A stretch of DNA of 64,000 nucleotides, from assembly GCA_963844965.1 (NCBI GenBank), contig CAWJQC010000004.1, forward strand, positions 96,001-160,000, written 5' to 3'. This document shows, piece by piece, positions 18,279 through 28,084 of the stretch; positions within the stretch are counted from its first letter, which is position 1; every line of letters begins with the position of its first letter. Source of the stretch: an uncultured bacterium. GTDB taxonomy: Bacteria > Patescibacteriota > Minisyncoccia > UBA6257 > 2-01-FULL-56-20. The notes beneath the pieces are model-generated. The model searched no databases, was not told the origin of the DNA, and saw only the letters and a program-made list of their open reading frames with translations. The position numbers and the translations under genes were made by a program.

Positions 18279-19970
18279 CTAATTTCCCGCCTTTTCTCGC
18301 AACGCAAGTTCTTTCTTCATCAAGCTGACTGGAATTGAGCCGAAGGAAAGGATCAGATCGTGGAACTCTTTAAGAGTCATGCCCTTCGCCAGACATTCCT
18401 CGCGCCATTTCAGTATCTCGCGCCTGCCCAGGAGATAACACATCGGATAGCCGGGTATCTCAGTATACATGCAAATTTCCCGCTTGGCGCGTTGCGGACT
18501 CCAACCAAGTTCGTCTATATAAATCTTCTGAGCTTCCTCGGGACTAATCTTCTTTGTGTGCAAACCGATGTCTATAATTACCCGGTATGACCTCCAGAGC
18601 TGGTCAACAAGATTCTGCATCTTAAGATACGGGTCGGTTATCAAGCCGACTTCTTCGGCGAGCTGTTCCACGTAAAACCCCCACCCCTCAATAAAGATGG
18701 TGAACGCGTTCAGCCGGCGTACGATACTCGGGTGTTTATGTGCAAGTGTCATCTGCAAATGGTGACCAGGATACGTTTCGTGGCAAGCGACCGGCACTAG
18801 TCCGAAGTGATCCTTGTATTGTTCCTGCTTCCGACGTTCGTCCGAATATCTGTCACCGGCAGGGTCCGAAACAAGGAAAAACGCCCATTTTTCTCTCTCA
18901 AAAGGTCCGCAAGGCCAATAGGCAGCTGTCGGTATAAGCGTCCGCCAAAAGCACGGGGTTGGCACAACGTCAACGCCTTCTTCTATCTTCGGCACCACCG
19001 AACCACGGTTGAAAAATCTTTCAACCTGAGCCGCGGCTTCCTTGTACAGTCGCATAAGATTTGACTCGTCAAAGCCGTGCGATTCAATCCGCCGCAGATA
19101 CAGTTCTCGCCATGTCTTGGATGGATCTATGCTCTTCGCAAGCTCTCCCAGTTTCGCCTTAGTTTCTCCAACGGCCTGCCAAGCAATTTCTTCAAGCTCC
19201 TCAAGGGAATACGGCAGGAAATGCCATTCGCGGACGATCTCCTGAAGCACTTCCCTGCCGGCGGCAAAATCTCCATTGGCGAGCGGTTTTATTTTGGCGA
19301 GCCACACTTCGTACACGTCAAGCGCGCGGCGCGCCTTCCGAATCGCTTCCCTGAAACAGTTACGCAGCCTCGGATAAAGAGCCGAAAATTTTCCCTCAAA
19401 CTCGTCAAAGAAACGCCGCGCGTTCTGAACTTCGTCTTCGGCCATTTCAACCCAAATGAGCGGCGGGTTAGCGATGGTCCGGCGGGCGCTTCGCAACACG
19501 GCGGGGATATGTCTCACGCGCCAGAGTATGCACCGCGCAACCAATTTTTGCGTACGGCGGGTCATAGTCACGAGCGGCACGTAGGTTGCGAAAACTGACC
19601 ACTCCAGGGGTATCACTGGATCCTTATCGTGAAACTTCTTGTCAACCAGCCAGCGATACAAGTTCAAGCAATGTTTCTGTTCCGCGACGGCAATTTCATA
19701 ATCCACCGTGCCCGTCGGAGAGAAAGCGGCCGGGGGAAGATATTCCCCAACAAGCTCCAAAAACCTGAGGCGGGCTTTATATGCCTTTAACCAAAACTTG
19801 TTTGACCCAACGGATTGTTGGGAGAGCATGTGGTCGTAATCGTGTATGCCGTAGCACGTTGCCAATTCGGGCTCCAGCGGCAGATCATGTAAAAACCAGG
19901 AATAATAGTGCCGATAAAATTCATCCTCAAACCGAGACGCCGACTCCGGAATTCTGACCATCCACTTCAT
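18279..19970 (-). CDS. DUF885-family putative metallopeptidase
   Basis: CHETYPGHHLQ (HExxPGHH) motif characteristic of DUF885. Confidence 0.55.
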   Translation of the reverse strand: MKWMVRIPESASRFEDEFYRHYYSWFLHDLPLEPELATCYGIHDYDHMLSQQSVGSNKFWLKAYKARLRFLELVGEYLPPAAFSPTGTVDYEIAVAEQKHCLNLYRWLVDKKFHDKDPVIPLEWSVFATYVPLVTMTRRTQKLVARCILWRVRHIPAVLRSARRTIANPPLIWVEMAEDEVQNARRFFDEFEGKFSALYPRLRNCFREAIRKARRALDVYEVWLAKIKPLANGDFAAGREVLQEIVREWHFLPYSLEELEEIAWQAVGETKAKLGELAKSIDPSKTWRELYLRRIESHGFDESNLMRLYKEAAAQVERFFNRGSVVPKIEEGVDVVPTPCFWRTLIPTAAYWPCGPFEREKWAFFLVSDPAGDRYSDERRKQEQYKDHFGLVPVACHETYPGHHLQMTLAHKHPSIVRRLNAFTIFIEGWGFYVEQLAEEVGLITDPYLKMQNLVDQLWRSYRVIIDIGLHTKKISPEEAQKIYIDELGWSPQRAKREICMYTEIPGYPMCYLLGRREILKWREECLAKGMTLKEFHDLILSFGSIPVSLMKKELALREKAGN

Positions 19971-20126
19971 CTGTTCTCGCCTCCTCTTTTCAAATAACCA
20001 CTGGATTAGAGTTTACACAAAAAAGAGAATTTGGCAATAGAAAAGGATTTTAGAAGATTCCGCAAAAATGAGCCGCCCATCAGCGGCGATTTACAACCGC
20101 GTCGTATTTTCCTATCATAAGCACCA

Positions 20127-20273
20127 TGATTATCCTGGGAATTGAAACGAGCTGCGAGGGCTACGATTTTCCTTTTCGAGGGACGGCTCGCTTCGCTCCA
20201 GCGGCGAAGCGGCGCTGTATCTCAATGCAGCGGTCGCCTTCGGCGAACCAAGCCCGCCGCATTTCCGATAACC
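20127..20273 (+). pseudogene. remnant 5' fragment of a tsaD/tsaB-like gene (MIILGIETSCE...)
   Basis: First 11 codons mimic the Kae1/TsaD N-terminus, then unrelated sequence; just upstream of the intact tsaD. Confidence 0.3.
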
Positions 20274-20317
20274 CCTCAAAAAAGAAAATCTCCGCTTAAG
20301 AAAAATTAACTAATTCA

Positions 20318-21361
20318 ATGAAGATATTAGCTATAGAAACCAGCTGTGATGAAACCGGGCTTGCCATTGTTGAGGCAAGCGGTGGTTTGCGCTCACCGCG
20401 GTTCAAGGTTTTGAAAAACCTGGTTGCTTCGCAAATCAAAATCCATCGTCCTTTTGGCGGCGTCGTTCCCAATCTCGCCAAGCGAGAACATCTGAAAAAT
20501 CTGCCGATCCTTTACAAGAAAATTGAAAATTCTAAGTTGAAAATTGAAAATTGTGACCTGGTCGTGGTAACTGTCGGTCCCGGACTGGAACCAGCCCTTT
20601 GGACCGGGATAGAATTTGCGAAAAACTTACCTGCCACCTGCCACCCACCACCCACCAAACTTGTCGGCACCAGTCACTTGGAGGGACATCTCTACAGTTT
20701 TTTGCTGCCCACGAAATCCACGAGCGGCTACGCTTCGGCACTCCTGCCGAAAGCCGTTTTTCCAGCTATAGCACTCATCGTCTCGGGCGGACACACTATA
20801 CTCTTATACATGGAATCGTTCTCCAAGTGGAAGCGGCTCGGCGAAACGCGCGATGACGCCGCGGGCGAGGCGTTTGACAAGGTCGCGCGCCTTCTTGAGC
20901 TTCCTTACCCCGGCGGGCCGGAGATAGAAAAGCTCGCAGCGAGAGGAAATCCATTCGCCATCACGTTCCCGCGCCCGATGCTTGACCAGAAAAATTACGA
21001 CTTCAGTTTCTCGGGGCTCAAAACTTCCGTCCTATACTACCTGAGAGACAATCCTCGCGCGAACAAAGCCGACGTTGCCGCGGGATTTGAGCAGGCGGTC
21101 GTTGATGTTCTCGTCGCGAAAGCCAAACGTGCCGCGCAGGAATACGGCGCCGAATCCATACTCCTCTCCGGCGGCGTCGCAGCGAACAAGCACTTGCGCA
21201 GGGCGCTCGCGCGCGCGGCTGAACTCATCGGCGCCAATTTCTTCGTTCCCGATTTCAAATACAACGCGGACAACGCCGTGATGATTGCGGCCGCCGGATA
21301 TATGGCGTATTTACGTAAGAAAAAATATAAACTTGAAGCACGGGGAAATTTAGAGATATAA
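20318..21361 (+). CDS. tsaD: tRNA N6-adenosine threonylcarbamoyltransferase TsaD
   Basis: MKILAIETSCDETGLAIV..., Kae1/Gcp fold; small low-complexity insert LPATCHPPPT. Confidence 0.85.
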   Translation: MKILAIETSCDETGLAIVEASGGLRSPRFKVLKNLVASQIKIHRPFGGVVPNLAKREHLKNLPILYKKIENSKLKIENCDLVVVTVGPGLEPALWTGIEFAKNLPATCHPPPTKLVGTSHLEGHLYSFLLPTKSTSGYASALLPKAVFPAIALIVSGGHTILLYMESFSKWKRLGETRDDAAGEAFDKVARLLELPYPGGPEIEKLAARGNPFAITFPRPMLDQKNYDFSFSGLKTSVLYYLRDNPRANKADVAAGFEQAVVDVLVAKAKRAAQEYGAESILLSGGVAANKHLRRALARAAELIGANFFVPDFKYNADNAVMIAAAGYMAYLRKKKYKLEARGNLEI

Positions 21362-21366
21362 ATAAA

Positions 21367-21395
21367 GAACCCAAATTAATGGGTTCGGTTTTGCG
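21367..21395. terminator. rho-independent terminator hairpin (gaacccaaattaatgggttc + T-run)
   Basis: Stem-loop followed by ggttttg. Confidence 0.5.
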
Positions 21396-21648
21396 TAGCT
21401 CCAAGCTTCAAAAGATAGGTGTCCTGCATTGAAGGATAGAACTTGCAACGTTCACAGTAAGAACTGAATCCCGCTGGGCGGACCACAACTTGGAGTGGTT
21501 CATCGCATTCCGCGCAATACAATATCGATTCCACGTTCGTTATGTTGCTTCTTTTACACTCTGGGCAGTATATTCCTCTGCCATTTGTCATCTGTAAAAG
21601 TTGGCAGCATTTAGCGCAGTACAACATGTACAACCGTCCTTTGGTCAC
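21376..21648 (-). CDS. zinc-ribbon protein (four CxxC pairs)
   Basis: CAKCC...CPEC...CAEC...CERC. Confidence 0.45.
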   Translation of the reverse strand: MTKGRLYMLYCAKCCQLLQMTNGRGIYCPECKRSNITNVESILYCAECDEPLQVVVRPAGFSSYCERCKFYPSMQDTYLLKLGATQNRTH

Positions 21649-21755
21649 ATAAACCAGGATCCATGTTCCCCCCCTCCTAAAAAACTGATTTGATTGTATG
21701 AAAAGAACTTAATTTAGTCAAACAATAGCTGGAGGCGCAAGGAGTATCTAAGAAT

Positions 21756-22220
21756 TTAAATAAAAAAACAATTGGGTTGGAGCGCGCGCTCCAACCCATT
21801 AGAAATAACCACGACAATGTCGGGATGCAAACTTTCACGGTCCGCTCCCTTGAAAAAGCCGCCGTTGATGAGCACGTATCGGAAAATATCGCCGTCGTTT
21901 GGGTCGCAAAATGTGGCTACGTGCTCTTCTTCCCCGGTCCAACCGACGGCAAACGTCTTGCCGTCGCGCACAAGGTTTGTTTGTATTCCTAAACTGCAAA
22001 CAAACCTGCCGCTCTTCGGGTTCCAACGGAAAGAACCGAAGTGCCAATTACCGTCGTTCACGTTCTCCCACTCGCTAGAATTCACTTCGGCAAGCACCAT
22101 GCCGCCCCTCATCAACCTTAACGTGACCGGCGTCCTAACAATATTGAAAAACCAATCATTGATCTTCCGATAAAGCTTCCTCAGCATAAACATAAGCTCC
22201 TCCCAAATCATACTTAACAA
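21756..22220 (-). CDS. hypothetical protein
   Basis: ORF only. Confidence 0.35.
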   Translation of the reverse strand: MLSMIWEELMFMLRKLYRKINDWFFNIVRTPVTLRLMRGGMVLAEVNSSEWENVNDGNWHFGSFRWNPKSGRFVCSLGIQTNLVRDGKTFAVGWTGEEEHVATFCDPNDGDIFRYVLINGGFFKGADRESLHPDIVVVISNGLERALQPNCFFI

Positions 22221-22306
22221 ATAAAAACTAACTAAATCTTACTCGGCCGGGATATTGATGTCAAGTTTTTGTGGAAAAAATTCGGAAAATGGCATAGAAT
22301 AACTTC

Positions 22307-25104
22307 ATGCCCGAAGAATTTCCTACGCGCTACGACATAAAGGAAGTTGAAACGAAAATCTACGACCTATGGGAAAAGTCTGGGTTTTTCAATCCCGATG
22401 TTTGCGTTGAAAAAGGCGCGACGAAACCGGACGCCGAACCTTTTTCCATCGTCCTGCCGCCGCCGAACGTAACCGGCACCTTGCACATCGGCCACGCCTT
22501 TGAGGACGCGATCCAAGACACCGTTGTCCGCTACGAGCGCATGCGCGGCAAGCGGACGCTCTGGGTTCCCGGGACCGACCACGCCGCCATCGCCACGCAG
22601 GCGAAAGTGGAGGAACTTCTGCGCAAGGAAGGGAAAACGAAATACGACCTCGGCCGGGAGGAATTCCTGCGGCGCGTGAACGAGTTCGCCAAAAATTCTC
22701 ATGACATCATAATCCGCCAGATAAAACGGCTCGGCGCTTCGCTTGATTGGGGCCGCGAGGCATATACGCTTGATGAAAAACGAAATCTCGCCGTCCGCAC
22801 CGCCTTTAAAAAAATGTACGACCTCGGCCTCATTTACCGCGGCGATCGTATCGTGAACTGGGACCCGAAGCTACAGACCACCGTCTCCGACGACGAGGTG
22901 GAATGGATAGACGAAACGACGCCTTTCTACTATCTGAAATATGGGCCGTTCGTCATCGGCACGGCAAGACCGGAAACGAAGTTTGGCGACAAATACGTCG
23001 TCATGCATCCGGACGACGAACGCTATAAAAAATATAAACACGGCGAAAAGATAGAACTTGAATGGATAAACGGGTCGGTCACGGCAACAATTATCAAGGA
23101 TAAGGTCATTGACGTGAATTTCGGCACGGGCGTGATGACAATCACACCATGGCACGACATGACGGACTTTGACATCGCGGAAAGGCATCGCCTGGATAGG
23201 GAGCAGATAATCGACCTGCGCGGCAAACTGCTGCCCATCGCCGGCGAATTCGCCGGAACGCCTATCGCCAAGGCCCGGCCGCTCATTATTGAAAAACTAA
23301 GAACAAAGGGTCTCGTGGAAAAGATTGACGAACATTACGCCCATCGCGTCGCCACGAACAGCCGCGGCGGCGGCCTCATCGAACCGCAGATCCTCAAACA
23401 ATGGTTCGTCAAGGTAAACTCCAAGTTCCAAATCCCAATTTCCAACCTAAAAGGGATAAAAAGCGGCCAAGAGGTGACGCTCAAGGAACTTATGAAAAAA
23501 GTCGTGGAGTCGGGGCAAATAAAAATCATACCCGGACAGTTTGAAAAAATTTACTATCATTGGATAGACAACCTGCGCGACTGGTGCATCTCGCGCCAGC
23601 TTTGGTTCGGGCACAGAATTCCGGTGTGGTATTGCCTCGCCTGCGGCGAGCCGCAAGTTGAACCGAAAATAAAATCGCGATGGTTCCTGGTGCGGCACGG
23701 AGAAACAGACTGGATCAAAGAGGGGCGGCACATGGGACATAAAGAGGTTCCCATGAATGAAACCGGCAAGCAGCAAGCGATGGTAGCCGGCGAACGGCTC
23801 GCAAACGAAAAAATTGATCTGATAATTTCTTCCACCACCATGCGCTGCAAAGAAACCGCCGAAATTATCGCGAAAAAACTGGGTGTCAAAATTATTTTTG
23901 ACGAACGTCTGCGCGAGCGCGGCAGTGGCGAATGGGAAGGACTGCTGCATGCGGAAATCAGGGAAAAATACAAACCTCTGGAGCAAAAATATGGACCGAG
24001 GAGTGGAACAAGCGCGCGCGCTATGAATTCAAACCGCCGGGAGGAGAAAATTGGCTGGAACTTGAAAAGCGCGTAATTCAATCGTTCAAAGAGCACAAAC
24101 TTCGATACGCCGACAAAAATATCGCGATTGTCACCCACGCCGGTCCGATCAGGATCCTGGAAAAAAATCTTAAAAACAAATCATTTGAAGAAGTGGTGGG
24201 ATTAATACCCGAGAATGCCGAGATTGCTAAGCTTTCAATCGCAACTGCTTCCTGTAAAAAATGTGGCAGTGATACTTACGAGCAGGATCCCGATACTCTG
24301 GATACCTGGTTCTCCTCCGCTATGTGGACGTTCTCAACTCTCGGCTGGCCTGAAAAAACCTCCGACCTCAGAACCTACCATCCAACCTCTTTGATGGCGC
24401 CGGGGTATGAAATCCTTTTCTTCTGGGTGGCGCGGATGATACTCATGAGCGGCTGTCTTTTGGGAGAAATCCCCTTCCGCACGGTTTATCTCCACGGCAT
24501 TGTGCGCGACAAGCAGGGCAAGAAATTCAGCAAATCCAGCGGTCACGCGCTTGACCCCCTGGAACTAGCCGACAAATACGGAGCGGACGCCCTGCGCATG
24601 GCTTTAATTGCCGGAGCGGCGCCGGGAAACGACGTGCAATTTGACGAGAATAGGGTCAAGGGCTACAGGAATTTTTCAACCAAGATATGGAACGTAGCGC
24701 GGTTTGTTTTACTAAACAAACCGCCGCAGACAGACGCTGACAAGACGCGGACAGCCGCGGACATTGCTGGCCGACCAGAGATAAAGGAGTTTGAGGCAAT
24801 TAAATCGGAAATAACGAAACATCTTGATGAATACGAACTGCATCTCGCAAGCGAAAAGATTTACCACTACTTCTGGCACACTTTCGCCGACAAAATAATT
24901 GAACAGGAAAAAGCCAACCTGCGGACAGCCGCCGACAAGACGCAGACAGACGCAGACATTGCGAGACGGGCAGAATCCTATGCCCTACTGGGATACATTC
25001 TCGTCGGTTCGCTTAAACTACTCCACCCTTTCATGCCGTTCGTAACAGAAGAGATTTATCAAAAATTTGAACTAAATAAGCTTCTCTTGACCGAAAAATG
25101 GTAA
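22307..25104 (+). CDS. valS: valyl-tRNA synthetase with inserted histidine-phosphatase domain; apparent frameshift at ~23985-24000 splits it into two ORFs
   Basis: HIGH (TLHIGHAF) and KMSKS-like (KFSKSSGH) motifs, DTWFSSAMWTFSTLGWPE; ORFs 22307-24076 and 23932-25104 overlap out of frame at the A5 run caaaaatatgg. Confidence 0.8.
23672..24250 (+). other. phosphoglycerate-mutase-family histidine phosphatase domain inserted between the CLAC and CKKC zinc-knuckle cysteines of ValRS
   Basis: RWFLVRHGETD (RHG catalytic His), ...RERGSGEWEG..., FKPPGGENW, VTHAGPIR motifs. Confidence 0.6.
24724..24780. repeat. GCAGACAGACGC oligo-repeat in frame in valS (QTDADKTRTAADIAGRP)
   Basis: ccgcagacagacgctgacaagacgcggacagccgcggac. 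Confidence 0.6.
24919..24965. repeat. GCGGACAGCC/GCAGACAGACGCAGAC oligo-repeat in frame in valS (LRTAADKTQTDADIARR)
   Basis: ctgcggacagccgccgacaagacgcagacagacgcagacattgcg. Confidence 0.6.
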
Positions 25105-25167
25105 ACGTTGACAAATTATGAATAGTGTGCTAGCATTGCATTAGCTTGCCACAAGGAGGGCTTTGCA

Positions 25168-25509
25168 ATGCAAATCTGGAAATGGAACAAAGAAGGGACG
25201 GGGTTGGTGAAATCGCGGTTCATGGCTTTCCCGCCGAGGAGAACTACTCTTCAAGAATTACTTCTCGGTCACCTCAAGAAAAATGATGGCAGGGGACAAT
25301 ATTGGATTGTATTCACAGAAAAAGAGGAGGGTGCAATCCGCAAGATGATATCTCCGTTTTTCCCCAAAACAATCCCGACCAGCGAAATACTTAACGCGCT
25401 TCTGTCTCCCGTGAGGAAAATATGGGCTGGCCCGCTTACCGCAACATATATTACCAAGAGTGGTATATTGGACGGCACACCTACTTTCCTAGCGATCATG
25501 ATTGACTAG
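25168..25509 (+). CDS. hypothetical protein
   Basis: ORF only. Confidence 0.35.
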   Translation: MQIWKWNKEGTGLVKSRFMAFPPRRTTLQELLLGHLKKNDGRGQYWIVFTEKEEGAIRKMISPFFPKTIPTSEILNALLSPVRKIWAGPLTATYITKSGILDGTPTFLAIMID

Positions 25510-25547
25510 CACATCATGCATTCTGCTGTGTAATACACAGACGGCAC

Positions 25548-25590
25548 AGGGCCCGAGCGCGTTCTCACTCTTGGGCCCTTTTACTTTAAA
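25548..25590 (+). terminator. rho-independent terminator (gggcccgagcgcgttctcactcttgggccc + TTTT)
   Basis: 10-bp GC stem followed by T-run. Confidence 0.6.
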
Positions 25591-25619
25591 AATCTTCCAA
25601 TTATATATAAAATGATTAT

Positions 25620-26297
25620 GTGAGTATTCTGACACTCATCCTCGCTCTTCTTCCCGGCTTCGCCTGGCTTCTTTTTTATCTGGAAGAAGACCTTCATCCG
25701 GAGCCGAAGCGGCTCATCGCCTACACATTTGTGATAGGAATGGCCTCGGCTTTTTTCGCGCTCGCCATAGAAATATTTTTCAAGTCTATTTTCAATAACG
25801 CGGGCGTCGCGGAACTTTCCCTGCTCCCGCTGCTCGTCTTCGCCTTTGTGGAAGAGATCATCAAATTCGGGGCAGCTTACCTGGCCGTTCACAAAAATCC
25901 TGCTTTTGACGAACCGGTGGACGCCATGATCTACTGCGTGGTCGCGGCCCTTGGATTCGCCACCGTGGAAAACATCGGTGCCTTGACCGGCGGTTATTCA
26001 GCGCAAACGGCGCTTTTAAGCCAGGTCTTCGCCGCGACCTCAACCCGATTCGTAGGCGCCACGCTTCTACATTCTCTCGCCTCGGCACTGGTCGGCTATT
26101 ATTGGGCGGTCGGCATCAGGGATATGCGGGTCAAAAAATATGTTCTATGGGGATTGCTCATCGCCACCGTCTTGCACGCCATTTTCAACTATCTTATAAT
26201 TATCTATGGAAACGTGGCCTACGTAGCTGTGTTTCTTTTAGTAATAGGTTTCTTTGTTCTCAGCGATTTTGAGAAATTAAAAAGAAGGTCGATATAA
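25620..26297 (+). CDS. PrsW-family intramembrane protease-like protein
   Basis: Multi-TM; FVEEIIKFG (EExxK), F..H and HAIFN motifs. Confidence 0.5.
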   Translation: MSILTLILALLPGFAWLLFYLEEDLHPEPKRLIAYTFVIGMASAFFALAIEIFFKSIFNNAGVAELSLLPLLVFAFVEEIIKFGAAYLAVHKNPAFDEPVDAMIYCVVAALGFATVENIGALTGGYSAQTALLSQVFAATSTRFVGATLLHSLASALVGYYWAVGIRDMRVKKYVLWGLLIATVLHAIFNYLIIIYGNVAYVAVFLLVIGFFVLSDFEKLKRRSI

Positions 26298-26398
26298 TAA
26301 AAAATTAAAAATTTAAAAATCAAAAATAAAAATGACTGAGTTCGCGAAGCGAACATCTGCATTTTACATTTTGATGTTTACATTTTAAATTTCCTATC

Positions 26399-26884
26399 AT
26401 GGACGACGAAAAGTTTTTTGAAGAATTAGCCAGCGGAAAATCCGCGGCCGACGAAGAATACAAGGTTGAACTCGCAAAGGCCGAATCCGTTCCCGCAAAA
26501 AAAATGCAAAAAGAACTAAAAGAGTCAAAGAACGAGGTGCCGGACAGCGAATCCGAGGGACAGCTCACAATTGACGTCTATCAAACACCGTCGGACATAG
26601 TGGTGGAGTCGGCGATAGCCGGAGTCAATCCCGACGACATAGACATAGACGTAACCAACGATTCCATCACCATAAAGGGCTCGCGTCATAGGGATAAAGA
26701 AGTTAAGGATGAAGATTATTTCTACCAAGAATGTTACTGGGGAAGATTTTCCCGCTCTGTGATACTGCCACAGGAGGTTGACCCTGAAAGCGCGGACGTA
26801 AAATTCAAAAACGGGATTCTCACGGTGCGCCTGCCGAAGCTGATCAAACAGAAATCCAAGAAACTAAAGGTCAAGGTGGAATAG
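26399..26884 (+). CDS. Hsp20/alpha-crystallin small heat-shock protein
   Basis: ...SITIKGSRHRDKEVKDEDYFYQECYWGRFSRSVILPQEVD...GILTVRLPK. Confidence 0.75.
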   Translation: MDDEKFFEELASGKSAADEEYKVELAKAESVPAKKMQKELKESKNEVPDSESEGQLTIDVYQTPSDIVVESAIAGVNPDDIDIDVTNDSITIKGSRHRDKEVKDEDYFYQECYWGRFSRSVILPQEVDPESADVKFKNGILTVRLPKLIKQKSKKLKVKVE

Positions 26885-26957
26885 GAACGGCCGCCGGGTA
26901 TTGCAAATTTCGGCGAACGATGCTAATATACGCGTTGTTAGCGGGAGTTTAATGTTA

Positions 26958-26975
26958 CCTGCCGGCAGGCAGATT
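26958..26975. repeat. palindrome TACCTGCCGGCAGGCAG just 5' of rpmB (related copies at 28046-28066 and 47926-47941)
   Basis: Perfect 14-16-bp palindrome recurring three times. Confidence 0.5.
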
Positions 26976-26980
26976 CACAA

Positions 26981-27178
26981 ATGTTTCCCATGAGACAATG
27001 CTCCATTTGCGGCAAGGGTTCGCAAATCGGAGGAAAAAGGATCCTTCTCCGCGGACACTACAATCCGACCAACAAATCCAGAAAATATCCCAATCTTCAG
27101 TGGGCGCGTGTTGAGGGCGTCCGGAAACTTATCTGCACGAATTGCCTGAAGACATTGCATAAAAATATCTCAAAATAA
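26981..27178 (+). CDS. rpmB: 50S ribosomal protein L28
   Basis: CSICGKGSQIGGKRILLRGHYNPTNKSRKYPNLQWARVEG. Confidence 0.7.
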   Translation: MFPMRQCSICGKGSQIGGKRILLRGHYNPTNKSRKYPNLQWARVEGVRKLICTNCLKTLHKNISK

Positions 27179-28014
27179 TGGCCTACCGCCCAGAACTTGT
27201 AAAATTGGTTTCGGAACGGGAAACCGAGGAGAAAGTGAAAAAACTCAGAAAGTTCATAGAAAACGCCGCAGCCGCGGATCGAAAAGAGGGTGTCCCAGTC
27301 GACACGGAGGGGCGGGTTGACATGCGGGCATTTCGCGGCCTGTATGCCGACGTTGAAAAAGACCGGGCAAACGTGCAAATGTGGTTTAAAGAAGAATTCT
27401 CCAAGAAACAGCCCGGTCAATCAGAAGGCCAATTTACGCGCGACGGAGAAAAATTGGAGCTGCTTATCCACGCCATTCTGTATAAAAATCTCCGCTCGGA
27501 ATACATCGTCGCGCGTTCAGCGCTTTTTGACGATATACATGGGGGTATAGATAACGGTCTTTTTGATAAAGAAACCGGCAGTCCGATTTGCGTGTTTGAC
27601 GATGTTGGCGATACTAACGATGAAAGATACAGGGACAAACAAAGTGGCGTTAAGAAACTCAACCTTGAAAAAGGGGGTGCCGACCTGAAATATGGGCTGA
27701 GGATGGAGAACGTGGGTGGTAAGAAAAAAATCGTGCCAAGCGCCGTTAGCAATATTCCTATTTTCTACATTGCCCTCCCCAAGGTTATGATCGATAGGGG
27801 CTTGAAGGAATTTGCTCCGTCACCAACAGAACAATCGGAATTTGAGAAAAAATTATTTGAATATATCTTGAAAGCTATGATGATTCAAATCAAAGATCTT
27901 GAAGTGTATATGCACAGCGGACGTCTCAATCAAAATCTGAGCGACAGGATCGCCGCCTTCAAAAAGACAATCATATCTCTCCAGGCCGCGAAAAGTTATC
28001 AGGCCGCGGCATAA
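27178..28014 (+). CDS. hypothetical protein (278 aa)
   Basis: ORF only; adjacent to tRNA-Pro and the mobile region. Confidence 0.4.
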   Translation: MAYRPELVKLVSERETEEKVKKLRKFIENAAAADRKEGVPVDTEGRVDMRAFRGLYADVEKDRANVQMWFKEEFSKKQPGQSEGQFTRDGEKLELLIHAILYKNLRSEYIVARSALFDDIHGGIDNGLFDKETGSPICVFDDVGDTNDERYRDKQSGVKKLNLEKGGADLKYGLRMENVGGKKKIVPSAVSNIPIFYIALPKVMIDRGLKEFAPSPTEQSEFEKKLFEYILKAMMIQIKDLEVYMHSGRLNQNLSDRIAAFKKTIISLQAAKSYQAAA

Positions 28015-28084
28015 CGGCGGTCAAAAACGGAGTATCGTATAATGGTAGTGCCTGCCGGCAGGCAGGCACATGCATGGCCCAGCA

